DNA of 64,000 nucleotides from an uncultured candidate division Zixibacteria bacterium (GTDB lineage Bacteria; Zixibacteria; MSB-5A5; UBA10806; 4484-95): NCBI GenBank assembly GCA_963668625.2, contig CAXXKA010000008.1, positions 1,024,001 to 1,088,000 of the forward strand, read 5' to 3'. Shown piece by piece: positions 48,919 to 60,600 of this stretch (position 1 is its first letter; each line of letters starts with the position of its first letter). The notes under the pieces were generated by a model. It saw only the letters and a program-made list of their open reading frames with translations, ran no database searches and was not told where the DNA came from. The position numbers and the translations under genes were made by a program.

Positions 48919-49691
48919 AAGCACGCAAAGTTGTATCAAGAATAATTGATTGTATCTTATTTTGGTTGCCATTAGTACTTTTTATTATAATCTGGCATTT
49001 TACAGTTCAAGGATCTGAAACTCGTATTTTTCTTTTTGCTTCACCATTTTTAGTTATTAAAGCGCTCTGGGATGGAATTTCTTCTGGATTACTAATTAAA
49101 GACATTTGGGTAACCTCTCTTGAAACACTTAGTGGTTTTTTACTTGGAAATATTATAGGATCTATCATAGGATTATTATTATGGTGTTCAAATAAGATTG
49201 CTCGAATTTCGCGTCCCTATATAGTTGCAATAGGCTCTGTTCCGATATTTGCTATTGCTCCTATGATGATCATTTGGTTTGGTACTGGCATTTCCGCGAA
49301 GATAATTATGGCTGCACTCTCCACAGTGGTTATAGCTATCGTTCAAGCTTATGAAGGTGCAAAACAGGTTGATAGTGACCGTATAAGACTTTTAAAGAGT
49401 TTTGGTGCAACAAAACTTGTTATTTTCAAGAAATTAATTATACCTTCAGCACTAATTTGGGTAATAAGTTCTTATAAATTGAATATAAGTTTTGCATTAC
49501 TTGGTGCGTTTATAGGTGAGTTCGTATCATCTGAATATGGTTTAGGGCATAGGATATTGCAAGCAGGGGGATTATATAACGTGCCATTAGCGATTGCAGG
49601 GATATTGTGCATCATTTTTCTTGCCTTATCTATGAGTTGGATACTAGGTATAATTGAACGAAAACTGTTTTCATGGAAGGATATTAGCTAA
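48915..49691 (+). CDS. NitT/TauT-type ABC permease
   Basis: VPIFAIAPMMIIWFG, EAA-like LLKSFGAT, GEFVSSEYGLG; ATGA overlap with the ATPase stop. Confidence 0.92.
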   Translation: MKARKVVSRIIDCILFWLPLVLFIIIWHFTVQGSETRIFLFASPFLVIKALWDGISSGLLIKDIWVTSLETLSGFLLGNIIGSIIGLLLWCSNKIARISRPYIVAIGSVPIFAIAPMMIIWFGTGISAKIIMAALSTVVIAIVQAYEGAKQVDSDRIRLLKSFGATKLVIFKKLIIPSALIWVISSYKLNISFALLGAFIGEFVSSEYGLGHRILQAGGLYNVPLAIAGILCIIFLALSMSWILGIIERKLFSWKDIS

Positions 49692-50053
49692 TCTCCGAAC
49701 ATATTTAACAGTATTAAATGGTTATTATAGATGCTATATCAAATTCAATGAAGATTACAGTATTTTAAAGATCACCGAGTTAAACAGGAATTGGGATTAG
49801 AAATAGATCTATAGAAGATGGATTTACGAATTTAAGCATTATTATAATTGTAGCCCTTCAGTTTCTACCGCGATGTTTAGGTATTTCGACTAGATGATAC
49901 AGATCCACGTCAACAATACGGTAACAGCCATGGTTGATCTATGGTGTTCTCTGGTGCTTTCTGGTGTCGAAAAGTGTAGGTCGGATTTTACAGAACTCGT
50001 TGCCAATCAACACAATAGACTGACTATCAACAACTTAACAGAATACCCAGGAT

Positions 50054-50102
50054 AGGAATCATAATCCTCGTTTCCGGGGTTTGAATCCCTGCTCCGCTAC
50101 TT
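50054..50102 (+). repeat. Distal att site (displaced, degenerate tRNA-Met 3' half)
   Basis: AGGAATCATAATCCTCGTTTCCGGGGTTTGAATCCCTGCTCCGCTACTT, 4 mismatches to 5588-5636. Confidence 0.92.
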
Positions 50103-50174
50103 GTCTTTCAATAATTAGGGATTAGCCTATATTTAGTATAGTGCTCAATTATATATAACCGTGAGGCTTTTGAA

Positions 50175-51493
50175 TGTACTGTCACATAGGTAACAGATCA
50201 GACCGGCGACATGGGTAGCACTTTTATTAATCTTTATTATTTAAAACAAATCTTCATTTTATACTCTAATAATTTTATAGTTAAAATCATCTAATTTGGC
50301 AAGTTTAATATCAGCGAAGTAGATATCCCAAAACCTGTCATCTGTTTGTTCAAAGCCGACCAACTCTCCAGCCAGAGTTTGGCTAAGATGGATTTGTCTG
50401 GATCGCCATCTGATATCGCCCTGGGAATGAACTTTTCTAATAGTAAAAGTATCAGGATAAACAAGATCAGGTAAATCAATCTGTAATTCGGTCGGTGATG
50501 GTTTATATAGATCGGAAGGAGTTCTTTGATTCAACGCTTCATGCGGACGTTCGTTGTTATATTCCACAAGGAATCCATCGAACGCCAACTGTTGAGACTT
50601 TATGTTCTCTCGCGGCGGAGTTGCGGTTTCAGCCTTCAGGGTTCGATGCATTCGCTCATGCCGTCCGTTCTGAGCAGGCTTGCCCGGCTCGATTCTTTCC
50701 GGGATAATACCAAGTTTAATCCACTCGATAGATAGACGGGATAAACCTCCAAGCGTAGTCGTTACAAAAGGAGGGCCATTATCTGTTCGTATGGCGTGAG
50801 GAATGCCATACTCTCTAAACGCAGCATCGAATAACGGCTTTACACCATAATAATCAGTTCGATTAACCGCCTGGCAACGCAAAAGATAACGGCTATACGC
50901 ATCGGTTAAGGTAAAAGGATCGCAGCGCGCTCCATCACCTGTTTTAAACCAACCCTTAAAATCAGCACACCATACCCTGTTTGATGAATCACAACCAATA
51001 AATGGCTCCGTGTAAGGAGGAATTCGTCTCAAGCGACGGCGAGGTACTACTAATCCGTGACGTCTAAGTATTTCTCCTATTGTGCTCGGAGCAGGTATAA
51101 AAAGGTTAGGATGATGACGCGCTAACCAGGCCTTGAGTTTCCGAGGGCCCCAGGTGGGATGCTCTCCTCGGGCAGATACTATCAATCTTTCAATCCTTGA
51201 CGATACAGCGCTCGGATTGTGGTGCGGAGCTCGAGAAAGATCCTTTAAACCATCAACTCCTCTCTCTAAATACCGCCTGACAAGCTTATAACCCGTTTTA
51301 CGACTGATATTAAACTCACGGCACAAAGCCGCCATTGACCACTCTGATTCAAGATAATAACTGATAAACCTTATCTTCTCATCCATGGGTTTACTCTCTT
51401 TCCACGGCATGACAATACCTCCTTGTCGTACCGTAAATTAATAAAAGTGTTACCCATGTCGCCGGTCTGATCTGTTACCTATGTGCCAGTACA
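50175..51493 (-). mobile_element. IS481-family element with ~50 bp terminal inverted repeats
   Basis: TGTACTGTCACATAGGTAACAGATCAGACCGGCGACATGGGTAGCACTTTT versus AAAAGTGTTACCCATGTCGCCGGTCTGATCTGTTACCTATGTGCCAGTACA; TGT...ACA ends. Confidence 0.9.
50259..51410 (-). CDS. IS481-family transposase
   Basis: MPWKE start, WCADFKG, RTDNG, QNGRHERMHRTLK, RPHEAL. Confidence 0.93.
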   Translation of the reverse strand: MPWKESKPMDEKIRFISYYLESEWSMAALCREFNISRKTGYKLVRRYLERGVDGLKDLSRAPHHNPSAVSSRIERLIVSARGEHPTWGPRKLKAWLARHHPNLFIPAPSTIGEILRRHGLVVPRRRLRRIPPYTEPFIGCDSSNRVWCADFKGWFKTGDGARCDPFTLTDAYSRYLLRCQAVNRTDYYGVKPLFDAAFREYGIPHAIRTDNGPPFVTTTLGGLSRLSIEWIKLGIIPERIEPGKPAQNGRHERMHRTLKAETATPPRENIKSQQLAFDGFLVEYNNERPHEALNQRTPSDLYKPSPTELQIDLPDLVYPDTFTIRKVHSQGDIRWRSRQIHLSQTLAGELVGFEQTDDRFWDIYFADIKLAKLDDFNYKIIRV

Positions 51494-51968
51494 TTCATGT
51501 TAATCAAGGCTCTGGCGGGCTTATATCCGCGGGTGAAATCACAGCAATGCGTCCTCCACAAGCTGTCGAACATCAGCCAGAACCTGGATGACCGCAAGAA
51601 TCGAAGTCGTATCACAAAAGATGCTGCAGCTATCTACCAGGCCGAGACGGATAAAGAATTAAGAGCCCGATTGAAAGCTTTTAAGGTCAAATGGCGGCCT
51701 AAAGAACCAAAGTCTGTCAGATCATTCATTCGAGGTTTTGATCGGACATTGATTTACCGTGAGTATGCCGAGCCGGAAAGAACTCAGATAAAGACGAATA
51801 ATCCCCTGGAGCGATATCTGGAGGAATTACAAAGGAGGATAAAACCGTTCAGGAAGTTTGTTAATGACAGAAGTGTTGATCGAATCGTTTATGGAATAAT
51901 CGCTTATGTGCTGGATAACCGAAAATCTGAAAATCACTATGAATTTACACAATTCCCTTGATAAGATG
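51494..51968 (+). pseudogene. 3' remnant of an IS256-family transposase with its right end
   Basis: QQCVLHK (C-x2-H) and KTNNPLERYLEELQRR; ends in TTTACACAATTCCCTTGATA, an IS256-type terminus; N-terminal part absent. Confidence 0.78.
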
Positions 51969-52064
51969 AGATACCATGGGATTAATTAATTAATTTGCGC
52001 TGATTTCATTATATGTTATATTGGTATTACGCATCACTGATTTTACATAATTAGATCAAAAACA

Positions 52065-53519
52065 ATGTATACGAAAAGGTTAACCGGGGAGGATACCATG
52101 CGCAGTTACCTTATTTTAGGACTAAGTGTAATTATGCTGGTCTCAGTTGTAATGGCCCAGGCGCCACAGATTGAATGGCAGACGACTTTCGGAGGCGAGG
52201 CCCATGACTGGGCCAGGAGTGTCGCTGAAATAGAGGGGGAAGGATATGTGATTGCAGGTCGTTACTATACCGAACCCTACGGCGGCGGTGAGGATGAAGT
52301 GTATGTTGTCAAGACTGATTTGGATGGTGGACTTGTTTGGGAAAATACATATGGCGGTGATTACAGCGATTTTGCAAATTGTGTTCTCGTAACCGATTCC
52401 GGTGGATTCATTGTGTGCGGTAACGAAAACTCATATCCACCTACGGGTACCAATATCTGGTTGTTGTCTCTGGATGGGGGCGGGAATATCAATTGGGCGG
52501 AAGTATACGGTGGTGAAAATACCGGCGAGCATACGGAGTGTATGTGCCGTACCCTCGATGGCAACTATATGATTGCCGGATCAAATATGGATGGCTGGTT
52601 ATTCCTGAAAATTTCACCATCTGGAGCTTTGCTTAACCAGGTTTCTATTGATCGCCCCCTGAGTTTCCGCGAGATAGCCCCAACCTCGGACGGAGGAGCT
52701 ATCGCCGTTGGCGGTGGAGCTACATTGTTTTTGGTAAAACTCGACTCGAACGGCGACACCCTGTGGGTGCACAACTACGGAGGCTCTTACGGTAGTTCGG
52801 TTATCCAACTCGAGGATGGCGGATATGCCGCCGCCGGGTACAAATCTTACACAAATATGGGTTGGGATTTCCGACTACTGCGATTGGATGCCGATGGAGA
52901 AATTATCTGGGATAATCACTATGGCAACCAGTATGATGATGAGGTATATTCGTTGAGACAAACTCCTGATGGCGGTTTCGTAATGGCGGGGCTCATGTAT
53001 CCTCCAAGCGGAACCGAGAACCATCGGGTTTGGGTAGTCAGGACCGACTCTAGCGGCGATACGCTCTGGACTAAGGCGTTCGGTGGCGATGGTTCGGATC
53101 TGGCGTTTAGCGTGCGGCCGACAGCAGATCATGGATTTATCATAGCAGGTAAAACCAATTCATTTGGCGCGGGGGGTAACGATATGTACGTGGTCAAGCT
53201 TGGCCCGGAAACCTCGGTGAATGATGACGGCGTTCTACCATCCGTTGTTAGTTTAAAACAAAATTACCCCAATCCATTCAACCCGGAAACGATAATCGAG
53301 TTCGATTTACCGTACGATTCCCATGTTATCATAGATATATATGATATTCTCGGCCGGAAGGTTTCGGAACTGGTCGATGAGAAGCGGCCTAAGGGAAATA
53401 ACAGAATCGTATGGAATGGTACCGACAGTAGCGGACAACGCATTTCAAACGGCATATATCTATATCGTCTCGAGTTCGAGGATTATACCGAGACCAGGAA
53501 GATGATTATACTGAAATGA
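52065..53519 (+). CDS. Secreted beta-propeller-repeat protein with FlgD/T9SS-type C-terminal domain
   Basis: Signal peptide (likely start MRSYLIL after GGAGG); repeated DGG(F/Y)xxAG and GDTLW units; QNYPNPFN tail. Confidence 0.85.
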   Translation: MYTKRLTGEDTMRSYLILGLSVIMLVSVVMAQAPQIEWQTTFGGEAHDWARSVAEIEGEGYVIAGRYYTEPYGGGEDEVYVVKTDLDGGLVWENTYGGDYSDFANCVLVTDSGGFIVCGNENSYPPTGTNIWLLSLDGGGNINWAEVYGGENTGEHTECMCRTLDGNYMIAGSNMDGWLFLKISPSGALLNQVSIDRPLSFREIAPTSDGGAIAVGGGATLFLVKLDSNGDTLWVHNYGGSYGSSVIQLEDGGYAAAGYKSYTNMGWDFRLLRLDADGEIIWDNHYGNQYDDEVYSLRQTPDGGFVMAGLMYPPSGTENHRVWVVRTDSSGDTLWTKAFGGDGSDLAFSVRPTADHGFIIAGKTNSFGAGGNDMYVVKLGPETSVNDDGVLPSVVSLKQNYPNPFNPETIIEFDLPYDSHVIIDIYDILGRKVSELVDEKRPKGNNRIVWNGTDSSGQRISNGIYLYRLEFEDYTETRKMIILK

Positions 53520-54043
53520 TGCTCACATTATTTCAGCTTCTAAATGGATTATCAGTAAAAATCCTATCATCCTATATATTTCAACGACCGCTGCTTTTCC
53601 AGGCAGAGAGGATGGCGATATCACCGAGCCGACCGGTGATCCCATGGTCGGCAAGCTGGTGGAGTTCGATACCTCTTTCGGTACTTTTGTCGGGGTATCC
53701 TCCGGCTCCCCCGATGCCAACGAGCAGGTTATTGTACATCAATCTTGATGGAACAGAGACATTATCGATTGAGCTGCAGGAGATAAATTATTGCCGCTAA
53801 TCGGATATTACAACGCTGGGTGTGCAGGTAGTAATACACAATTGGCTTTTACCGAAAAATCGTGCAATATGATGTTTCGAGCATATCGCCAGGCATTCTT
53901 AATGAAATTCGAACGAGTTTTATGAAATCAACGGCATATAGAGAAATTCTGCTGAAGTTGCTGATTCGGGACGTAATTATCTCAACGCAAAAAGGTTAAT
54001 GTCAGCTAATATATACTCTGGAACATCGGCCTAAAAAAAATCG

Positions 54044-54071
54044 TTGACAATAAGCAATTATACCCTATACT
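54044..54071 (+). promoter_or_regulatory. typA promoter
   Basis: TTGACA, 16 bp, TATACT. Confidence 0.6.
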
Positions 54072-54196
54072 AGTCGGGTTTTAATGGTTCTCCATTTGGA
54101 GAAATGTTGTAATGTGCCACTGCGTGATTATTCCCTCGAAGATTAATCTGTAGATTGCATGGTTTTTAAAATGGCAGATATTTCTGCCCTTAAGGG

Positions 54197-56092
54197 ATGT
54201 GTAGAAAAATGACTGATGTCGCGTTAATTCGGAACCTTGCTATTGTCGCCCATATCGATCACGGAAAAACAACTTTAATAGATTCTGTGTTCAAGGCGAC
54301 ACAGACTTTTCGTAAAAACCAGCAGGTCCCCGAAAGGTTGATGGACAATAATGTTCTAGAGCGCGAACGCGGCATAACTATTCGTTCCAAACACTGTACG
54401 GTTTCCTGGAATAATTATCTTATCAATATAATCGATACTCCCGGCCATGCTGATTTTTCCGGCGAGGTTGAACGCGTACTATCGATGGTGGATTCGGTTT
54501 TACTCCTGGTGGATGCCAATGAGGGGCCGATGCCCCAAACCCGTTACGTGCTGATGCGCGCGTTGAAATTGGGCCTACGACCCATCGTGATTGTCAACAA
54601 GGTTGACCGTCCCGATGCCAGACCCGATTATGCTTTGGATAAAACATTCGATCTTTTCATAGAACTGGGCGCTACCGATGAGCAGGCTCATTTCCCGGTG
54701 CTCTATGGCTCGGGTCTTCACGGATGGTTTGTCAATGATCTGGATAAAGAGAAGCATGAGGGCATGTCCGCGCTATTTCAGGCCATAGTCGATTATGTCC
54801 CGCCGCCGGATGTCAACAAAGACGGTGATTTCTTGATGCAAGTCAGCTCGCTTGATTGGAGCGATTATATAGGCCAAATAGGCTGCGGCAGGGTGCTTCG
54901 CGGTAGTTTGAATAAAGGCGAGGCATTTAATTGTTTCGTAACGAAATTCATCGATCCGCAATCGCAGGATAAAGGCTGGACGCTTGATTCTACCTCGAAA
55001 GCAGAGGGCATCCATATGTGGACGACTCGCGGATTGACGAGGGTCGAGACCGATTGTGTATCCGCCGGCGATATAGTCTGGCTGGCCGGCCCCTCCGAGA
55101 TTGGTATCGGTGATACATTCTCCAGCAGTGAAAATACCGAAGAGGCATTAAAACCCCTCGAAATAGAAGAGCCGACGCTTTCCATGTTCTTCCTGGTCAA
55201 TAACGGGCCATTCTCGGGCCGAGAGGGTAAAGCGATCATGTTCCGTCAATTAAAAGAACGGCTCGAACGAGAACTTCGGGTAAATGTCGCTCTTCGTATG
55301 GAGGACATCGGTCGTCCTGACGGCGTGAAAGTTTCCGGCCGTGGTGAACTTCACCTGGCGATACTTATCGAGGAGATGAGGCGCGAGGGACTGGAATTCT
55401 GTATCTCCCGTCCCGAGGTTATCACGCGCCTGGATGATAACGGCAATGTGCTTGAGCCTATCGAACAATTGTTGATAGATATCCCGGAAAATAATCAGGG
55501 AGTCGTGATAGAGAAACTTGCCCATAGAAAAGGCGAATTGGTTTCGGTGGAAAACACCGGTTCTAGTTCTGTCCGAATAGAATTTACTATCCCTACCCGA
55601 GGTCTGATAGGTTACAGGTCGGAATTCCTGACCGATACGCGTGGACTGGGCGTCATGGCCTCCCGGTTTATCCATTACGGGATGCAGCGAGGTGAAATAC
55701 AGTCGAGAAACAAAGGATCGGTTGTCAGCCTCGAAACGGGAACCGCTACCGCTTATGCCCTGGAGGGACTTCAGGAGCGTACCACGATCTTTATCGAAGC
55801 TACCGAAAAAATATATACAGGTCAGATTATCGGTGAAAATTCCAGAAATATGGATATGACCTGTAATCCCACCAAACGCAAAAACCTGACCAATCACAGA
55901 TCCTCGACAAAAGACATAGGCGTTAAACTTGATATTCCGCGTAGGATGACATTAGAACAGGCCATGGGCTGGATCAGGGATGATGAACTGGTTGAGGTAA
56001 CTCCCAAATCCATGAGGTTCAGGAAAACTATCCTTGATTTCGACGAGCGAAAAAAATCAAGAAATAACTCTCTCTTTCTGGTAAACGATTAG
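54197..56092 (+). CDS. typA: Translational GTPase TypA/BipA
   Basis: [44 protein letters not shown]. Confidence 0.95.
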   Translation: MCRKMTDVALIRNLAIVAHIDHGKTTLIDSVFKATQTFRKNQQVPERLMDNNVLERERGITIRSKHCTVSWNNYLINIIDTPGHADFSGEVERVLSMVDSVLLLVDANEGPMPQTRYVLMRALKLGLRPIVIVNKVDRPDARPDYALDKTFDLFIELGATDEQAHFPVLYGSGLHGWFVNDLDKEKHEGMSALFQAIVDYVPPPDVNKDGDFLMQVSSLDWSDYIGQIGCGRVLRGSLNKGEAFNCFVTKFIDPQSQDKGWTLDSTSKAEGIHMWTTRGLTRVETDCVSAGDIVWLAGPSEIGIGDTFSSSENTEEALKPLEIEEPTLSMFFLVNNGPFSGREGKAIMFRQLKERLERELRVNVALRMEDIGRPDGVKVSGRGELHLAILIEEMRREGLEFCISRPEVITRLDDNGNVLEPIEQLLIDIPENNQGVVIEKLAHRKGELVSVENTGSSSVRIEFTIPTRGLIGYRSEFLTDTRGLGVMASRFIHYGMQRGEIQSRNKGSVVSLETGTATAYALEGLQERTTIFIEATEKIYTGQIIGENSRNMDMTCNPTKRKNLTNHRSSTKDIGVKLDIPRRMTLEQAMGWIRDDELVEVTPKSMRFRKTILDFDERKKSRNNSLFLVND

Positions 56093-56219
56093 TATTCGGT
56101 CGGGCTATTCCGGCCAACTCGCAAAATTATCCGCTTTCGCTATGATATCGCTTTGCTATTGCTTAAAAAATGTATCATTGGTATCTTGAAGCTATATTAC
56201 AGAAACTGTTTTCGGTTTC

Positions 56220-57568
56220 TTGCGGTTCATACTTGAACCGGGTTCGAATTATAAAAAATACCAGGAGGAATTTTTGTTAATTTCTCGAAAAAACTCGTAT
56301 CTGATTTCTTTGATTATATCCGGAGTGCTGCTTATTCATTGCGGAAACAGCAGCGAGGGGGCGCGTGGCAACAACGGTGGTAAACTGATCCCGGCGGTCG
56401 AGGCCGTAAAATCCGATTTCGGCTCGCTGCCTTTAAGCGAAAGGTTCAGCGGCCTGGTACGGGCGAAAAACCAGGTGGAAATTTATCCCGAAATAAGTGC
56501 CGCTATCATGAAAGTATATGTCGAGAACGGCGACACCGTTAGCAAAGGGCAATCCCTGGTTCAACTTCGCGATAACCGCTACCGCGAGCAATTCAAGCAA
56601 GCTCAGGCCGGTTACCGGATAGCCGTTGCACAGGTAAGCCAGGCCCGGGCGAAATTGGGCAAACTGCAATCCGATCTAAAGCGAGTTAAGGCGATGACAG
56701 AGAAAAATCTTTCCAGCCCCAGCGAGCTCGAGGAAATTCAATCGGAAACCGCCTCCGCCGAGGCCGACCTCGCCCTGGCAAATGCCCGCGTGGAACAGGC
56801 GCAGGCGACTATCGACGAGTACGAGGAAGCGTTGTCACGAACTGTCATACGTGCGCCGGTAGCGGGTACGGTTGGCGACCGCGACGCGGAAATAGGGATG
56901 TACGTTAATAGCGGTACCCGCCTGTTTAGCCTGGGGCAGCTCGATACGGTACGGGTCGAAATAATCCTGACAGACCGCATGTTAAACTATATCGAAACGG
57001 GTCAATCGGCGGAGATAATGGTGGATGATCAGGTCTTCGGCGCCGTGCCTGCCAAACTCACACGAATCTCGCCCTTTCTTCACCCGGTAACGCATAGTAC
57101 TGATGCCGAAATCGAGATAGCTAATCCCGGCCATGTTTTGAGGCCCGGTATGTTCGTTTCTGTCGATGTTTACTACGGCGAAAGCGAACAGGCTACGCTG
57201 GTTCCGTTAAGCGCTTTGTATGAAAACCCGATCAGCGGAGTAACCGGAATTTACATTACGCAGGATTCCCTGAAAGGGGAGGTCGTTGAGGTAAAAGAGG
57301 ATAACGAGCGGATAGCTCTGACCACTCCAGCATCATTCGAATTCGTACCGATAGAGGTGATAGCCCGGGGTCGAACCACCGCCGGAATCGCAGGAATCGA
57401 GCGGGCAAGTGGATAATCACCCTGGGGCAGGATTTATTAGGCGGCCAATCGGGCGAGGCGCGGGTTCGCAAGGTCGATTGGAAATGGGTGGAACGCCTTC
57501 AGCACATGCAACGAGAGGATTTACTGGAGGAGTTCATGAAACGTCAGAGGGAAGCAGCCGGTGGTTGA
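56220..57568 (+). CDS. RND efflux membrane-fusion protein with a 1-nt frameshift near 57402
   Basis: VENGDTVSKGQ, IRAPVAG, LRPGMFV; the frame stops at 57416 but GKWIITLGQDLL...AAGG* continues in another frame to 57568. Confidence 0.8.
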
Positions 57569-57624
57569 TAGACAGTTAAAACAGTCGATCGAATAATGGC
57601 CGGTATTTTTATCGTGATTAAGAT

Positions 57625-60600
57625 ATGAATATAACTCGCATCTCAGTCCATCGCCCTATAGCCACCACAATGGTATTTTTAATTATCCTGGTACTGGGTG
57701 TTATGGGATTCCATTTTCTGCCGGTTGATCTTCTACCGCAAATAGAATATCCCCGCTTAAGCATCTCGACTTCCTACCCCAATGTCGGTCCGGAAGAGAT
57801 TGAGACGATTATTACCGATCGTATCGAGAATGCGATTGCCAGTGTGCCGAATATCGAGGACGTGCGATCGAATTCGCGGGAGGGCAGGAGCCGGGTAACA
57901 TTAGAGTTCGCCCAGGGTACCGATATCGATGCCGCTGCCAATGATCTTCGGGCCGCGCTCGATAGAATTCGGGATGATTTCCCGCCCGAGGTGGAGCCGC
58001 CCCGTATATGGAAATTCGATCCCGACAATTTCCCGGTTGTCATACTCGGCGCTCGCTCCAGCCGCAGCATGGATGAGCTGACCCGGATACTCGAACGCGA
58101 GGTCGCCCAGAGGTTCGAGCAGATACCCGGTGTCGGTTCCGTGGATGTCTGGGGAGGCGTATACCGAGAGATTCAGGTGCAGCTAAAGCGCGACAGGTTG
58201 GCCTCCAGTCAGCTATCGGCTTCCGACGTCCAGGCGGCGTTACAGCGCGAGAATGTTACCTTGCCCGGTGGCGATATGCGCGAGGGTGTCAGCGATATCT
58301 ATGTGCGTACACGGGGCGAGTTCAAGTCCATCGATGAGATAGCCGCTACTATTATTACTGTCATAGATGGCAAACCTATTCGTGTCCGGGATGTCGCCGA
58401 GGTAGTCGACGGCTACGAGGATATCAACCGTATAGTGCAGATAGACGGCCAACCGATGATCAGGTTAGGCGTACGTAAGCAGTCCGGGGCCAACACCGTG
58501 GCGGTTGCCGCCGAGGCACGCAAGGTGATGGAGCAGATAAGCCGCGAGCGCGAAGATATCGAATTATTGATGGTAATAGACCAGAGCCAATTCATCCAGA
58601 ATTCAATCAATAATGTTCAACAATCGGCGCTATTCGGCGGGCTTCTGGCGATATTCATGTTGTATTTATTTCTCCGTAACGGCTCGACAACATTCATCAT
58701 TGCTCTTTCCATTCCAATCTCGATAGTCGCTTCATTCGGATTACTGTTTTTTAACGGCCTGACCCTGAATCAAATGAGTTTCGGAGGGCTTGCGCTTGGA
58801 ATTGGATTGATAGTCGATAACTCTATCGTAGTGATCGAAAATATTATTCGCTTAAGAGAAAACCATCATACTTTGCGGGAAAGCGCCTTAACCGGAACCG
58901 GCCAGGTATCGGGAGCGATCGTCGCTTCCTCGCTGACAACGATGGTGATATTTCTGCCGGTAGTATTCATGCAGACAATCTCCGGCATGCTTTTCAGGGA
59001 ACTGGCATTGGTGGTAGTGTTCGCCTTGCTGTGTTCTCTATTCGTCGCGCTTACATTGGTACCCATGTTGGCCAGCAGGTTCTTGAGTGTCAAACCGGGT
59101 GAGAAGACCACCGAAAACACAAATACTCGTTTGGGCAGATGGTTTGTCCGAGTCGAGGATACGTATTCCCGTCATCTGGAAACCGCGGTTCGTCATAAAA
59201 AAATCGTTTTCATATCAACCGTGGTATTGCTGGTTATTACATTCCTGCTCTGGCCGCTGTTGCCTGTAGAGCTTGCTCCGCAAACCGATGCCGATGAGAT
59301 AAGTGTCGATCTGGAAATGGCGCAGGGAATGAATATCGCGGTGGTTAACGAATACCTTCAAGAGCTGGATCGAATAGTACGTCAGATTACCCCGATGGAG
59401 CAGGTACGGCATCTTACCTCCGAGATACGCGGCGGTGATGCCGAGGTCGAGATAGCTTTGAAAGGTGCGGATGAACGTACGATAAACAGCTTCGTTCTAG
59501 CCGATGATATCCGTCAAGCGGTATCCGGTAAAATTCCGGGGGCGAGCGTTCGTGTTTCCGCTCAATCGGGTTTGTGGATGTTGCGCCGATTGTTCGGCTC
59601 CGGTTCGGGCGAGGCGGTCGAGATAGAGCTTCGCGGCTACGACCTGGGAGTTGCCGATAAGATAGCCGGTGATTTGCAGGAGATCATGGAAGCTATGCCT
59701 GTTGTTGCCGATGTCCGTGTAAGCCGCCGCGAGGGACGACCGGAACAAAACCTGATCGTCGACAGGGAGAAGATCGCCAAACTGGGGCTTTCAGTCAGGG
59801 AGGTGGCCGAGGTCATTCAGACCAATATCGGCGGCAGCCGCGCCGGTGTTTTCCGCCAGGGCGGCGAGGAGTTCCCTATCACGGTAAGGCTTCAACCCGG
59901 GGATCGTCTCAGTACGCTTGATTTGAGCAATGTCTCTATCACTATAAGTTCCGGTGAAACACTACCGATTTCATCCGTAGTGAAAACCGAACGTCGCCGA
60001 AGCCCTACCGAGATCGAAAGAATAAACGGTCAGCGTGTCACCTATATCTCCGCCAATTTGGAAAGTGGCGCGGCTTTAGGGGATGTTATCGAGGAGCTCC
60101 AGAACGGGCTTCGTGATTACGCCTTACCGGTCGGTTTCTCTATCGTGTTCAGCGGCGAATACGAGGAGCAGCAAAAGGCTCAGAGCGATTTCCTGCTTTC
60201 AGTCCTGATGGCCGTTACTCTTATTTACATGGTAATGGCGGCTCAGTTCGAACGTTTCATCGATCCGCTTATCGTGATGGTGACAGTGCCGCTGGCATTC
60301 GTCGGCGTAGTACCGACTCTTCTTTTAACGGGCACCACTCTCAATGTGCAAAGCTTAATGGGCATTGTCATGCTTATCGGTATCGTGGTTAATAACGCGA
60401 TCGTGCTGGTGGACTATATCAACCTAATGCGACGCGAGCAGAAACTGTCCTTGCAGGAGGCGGTGCTGCAGTCGGGACGGCTACGTCTGCGGCCCATCCT
60501 GATGACTACCTCTACCACGGTGTTCGGTATGTTGCCGTTAGCGTTCGGTGCGGGCGCGGGCGGAGAGATACAGGCGGCGTTGGCTCGCTCGGTAATAGGC

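Larger units (their letters stand above)
5588..50102. mobile_element. ~44.5 kb integrative element / defence island inserted in tRNA-Met
   Basis: Bounded by a 49 bp direct repeat of the tRNA 3' half; integrase and excisionase-like genes next to the tRNA; own primase-helicase; cargo visibly more AT-rich than the flanking host genes. Confidence 0.92.

Noticed and set aside
50054-50102. Second tRNA gene
   Set aside because: Only the 3' half is present, with no acceptor 5' strand or D-arm and an altered T-loop; it is the att repeat.
53516-53800. ORFs 53516..53800 (+) and 53523..53720 (-)
   Set aside because: They overlap each other, have no clear SD or motif, and look like a decayed gene fragment.
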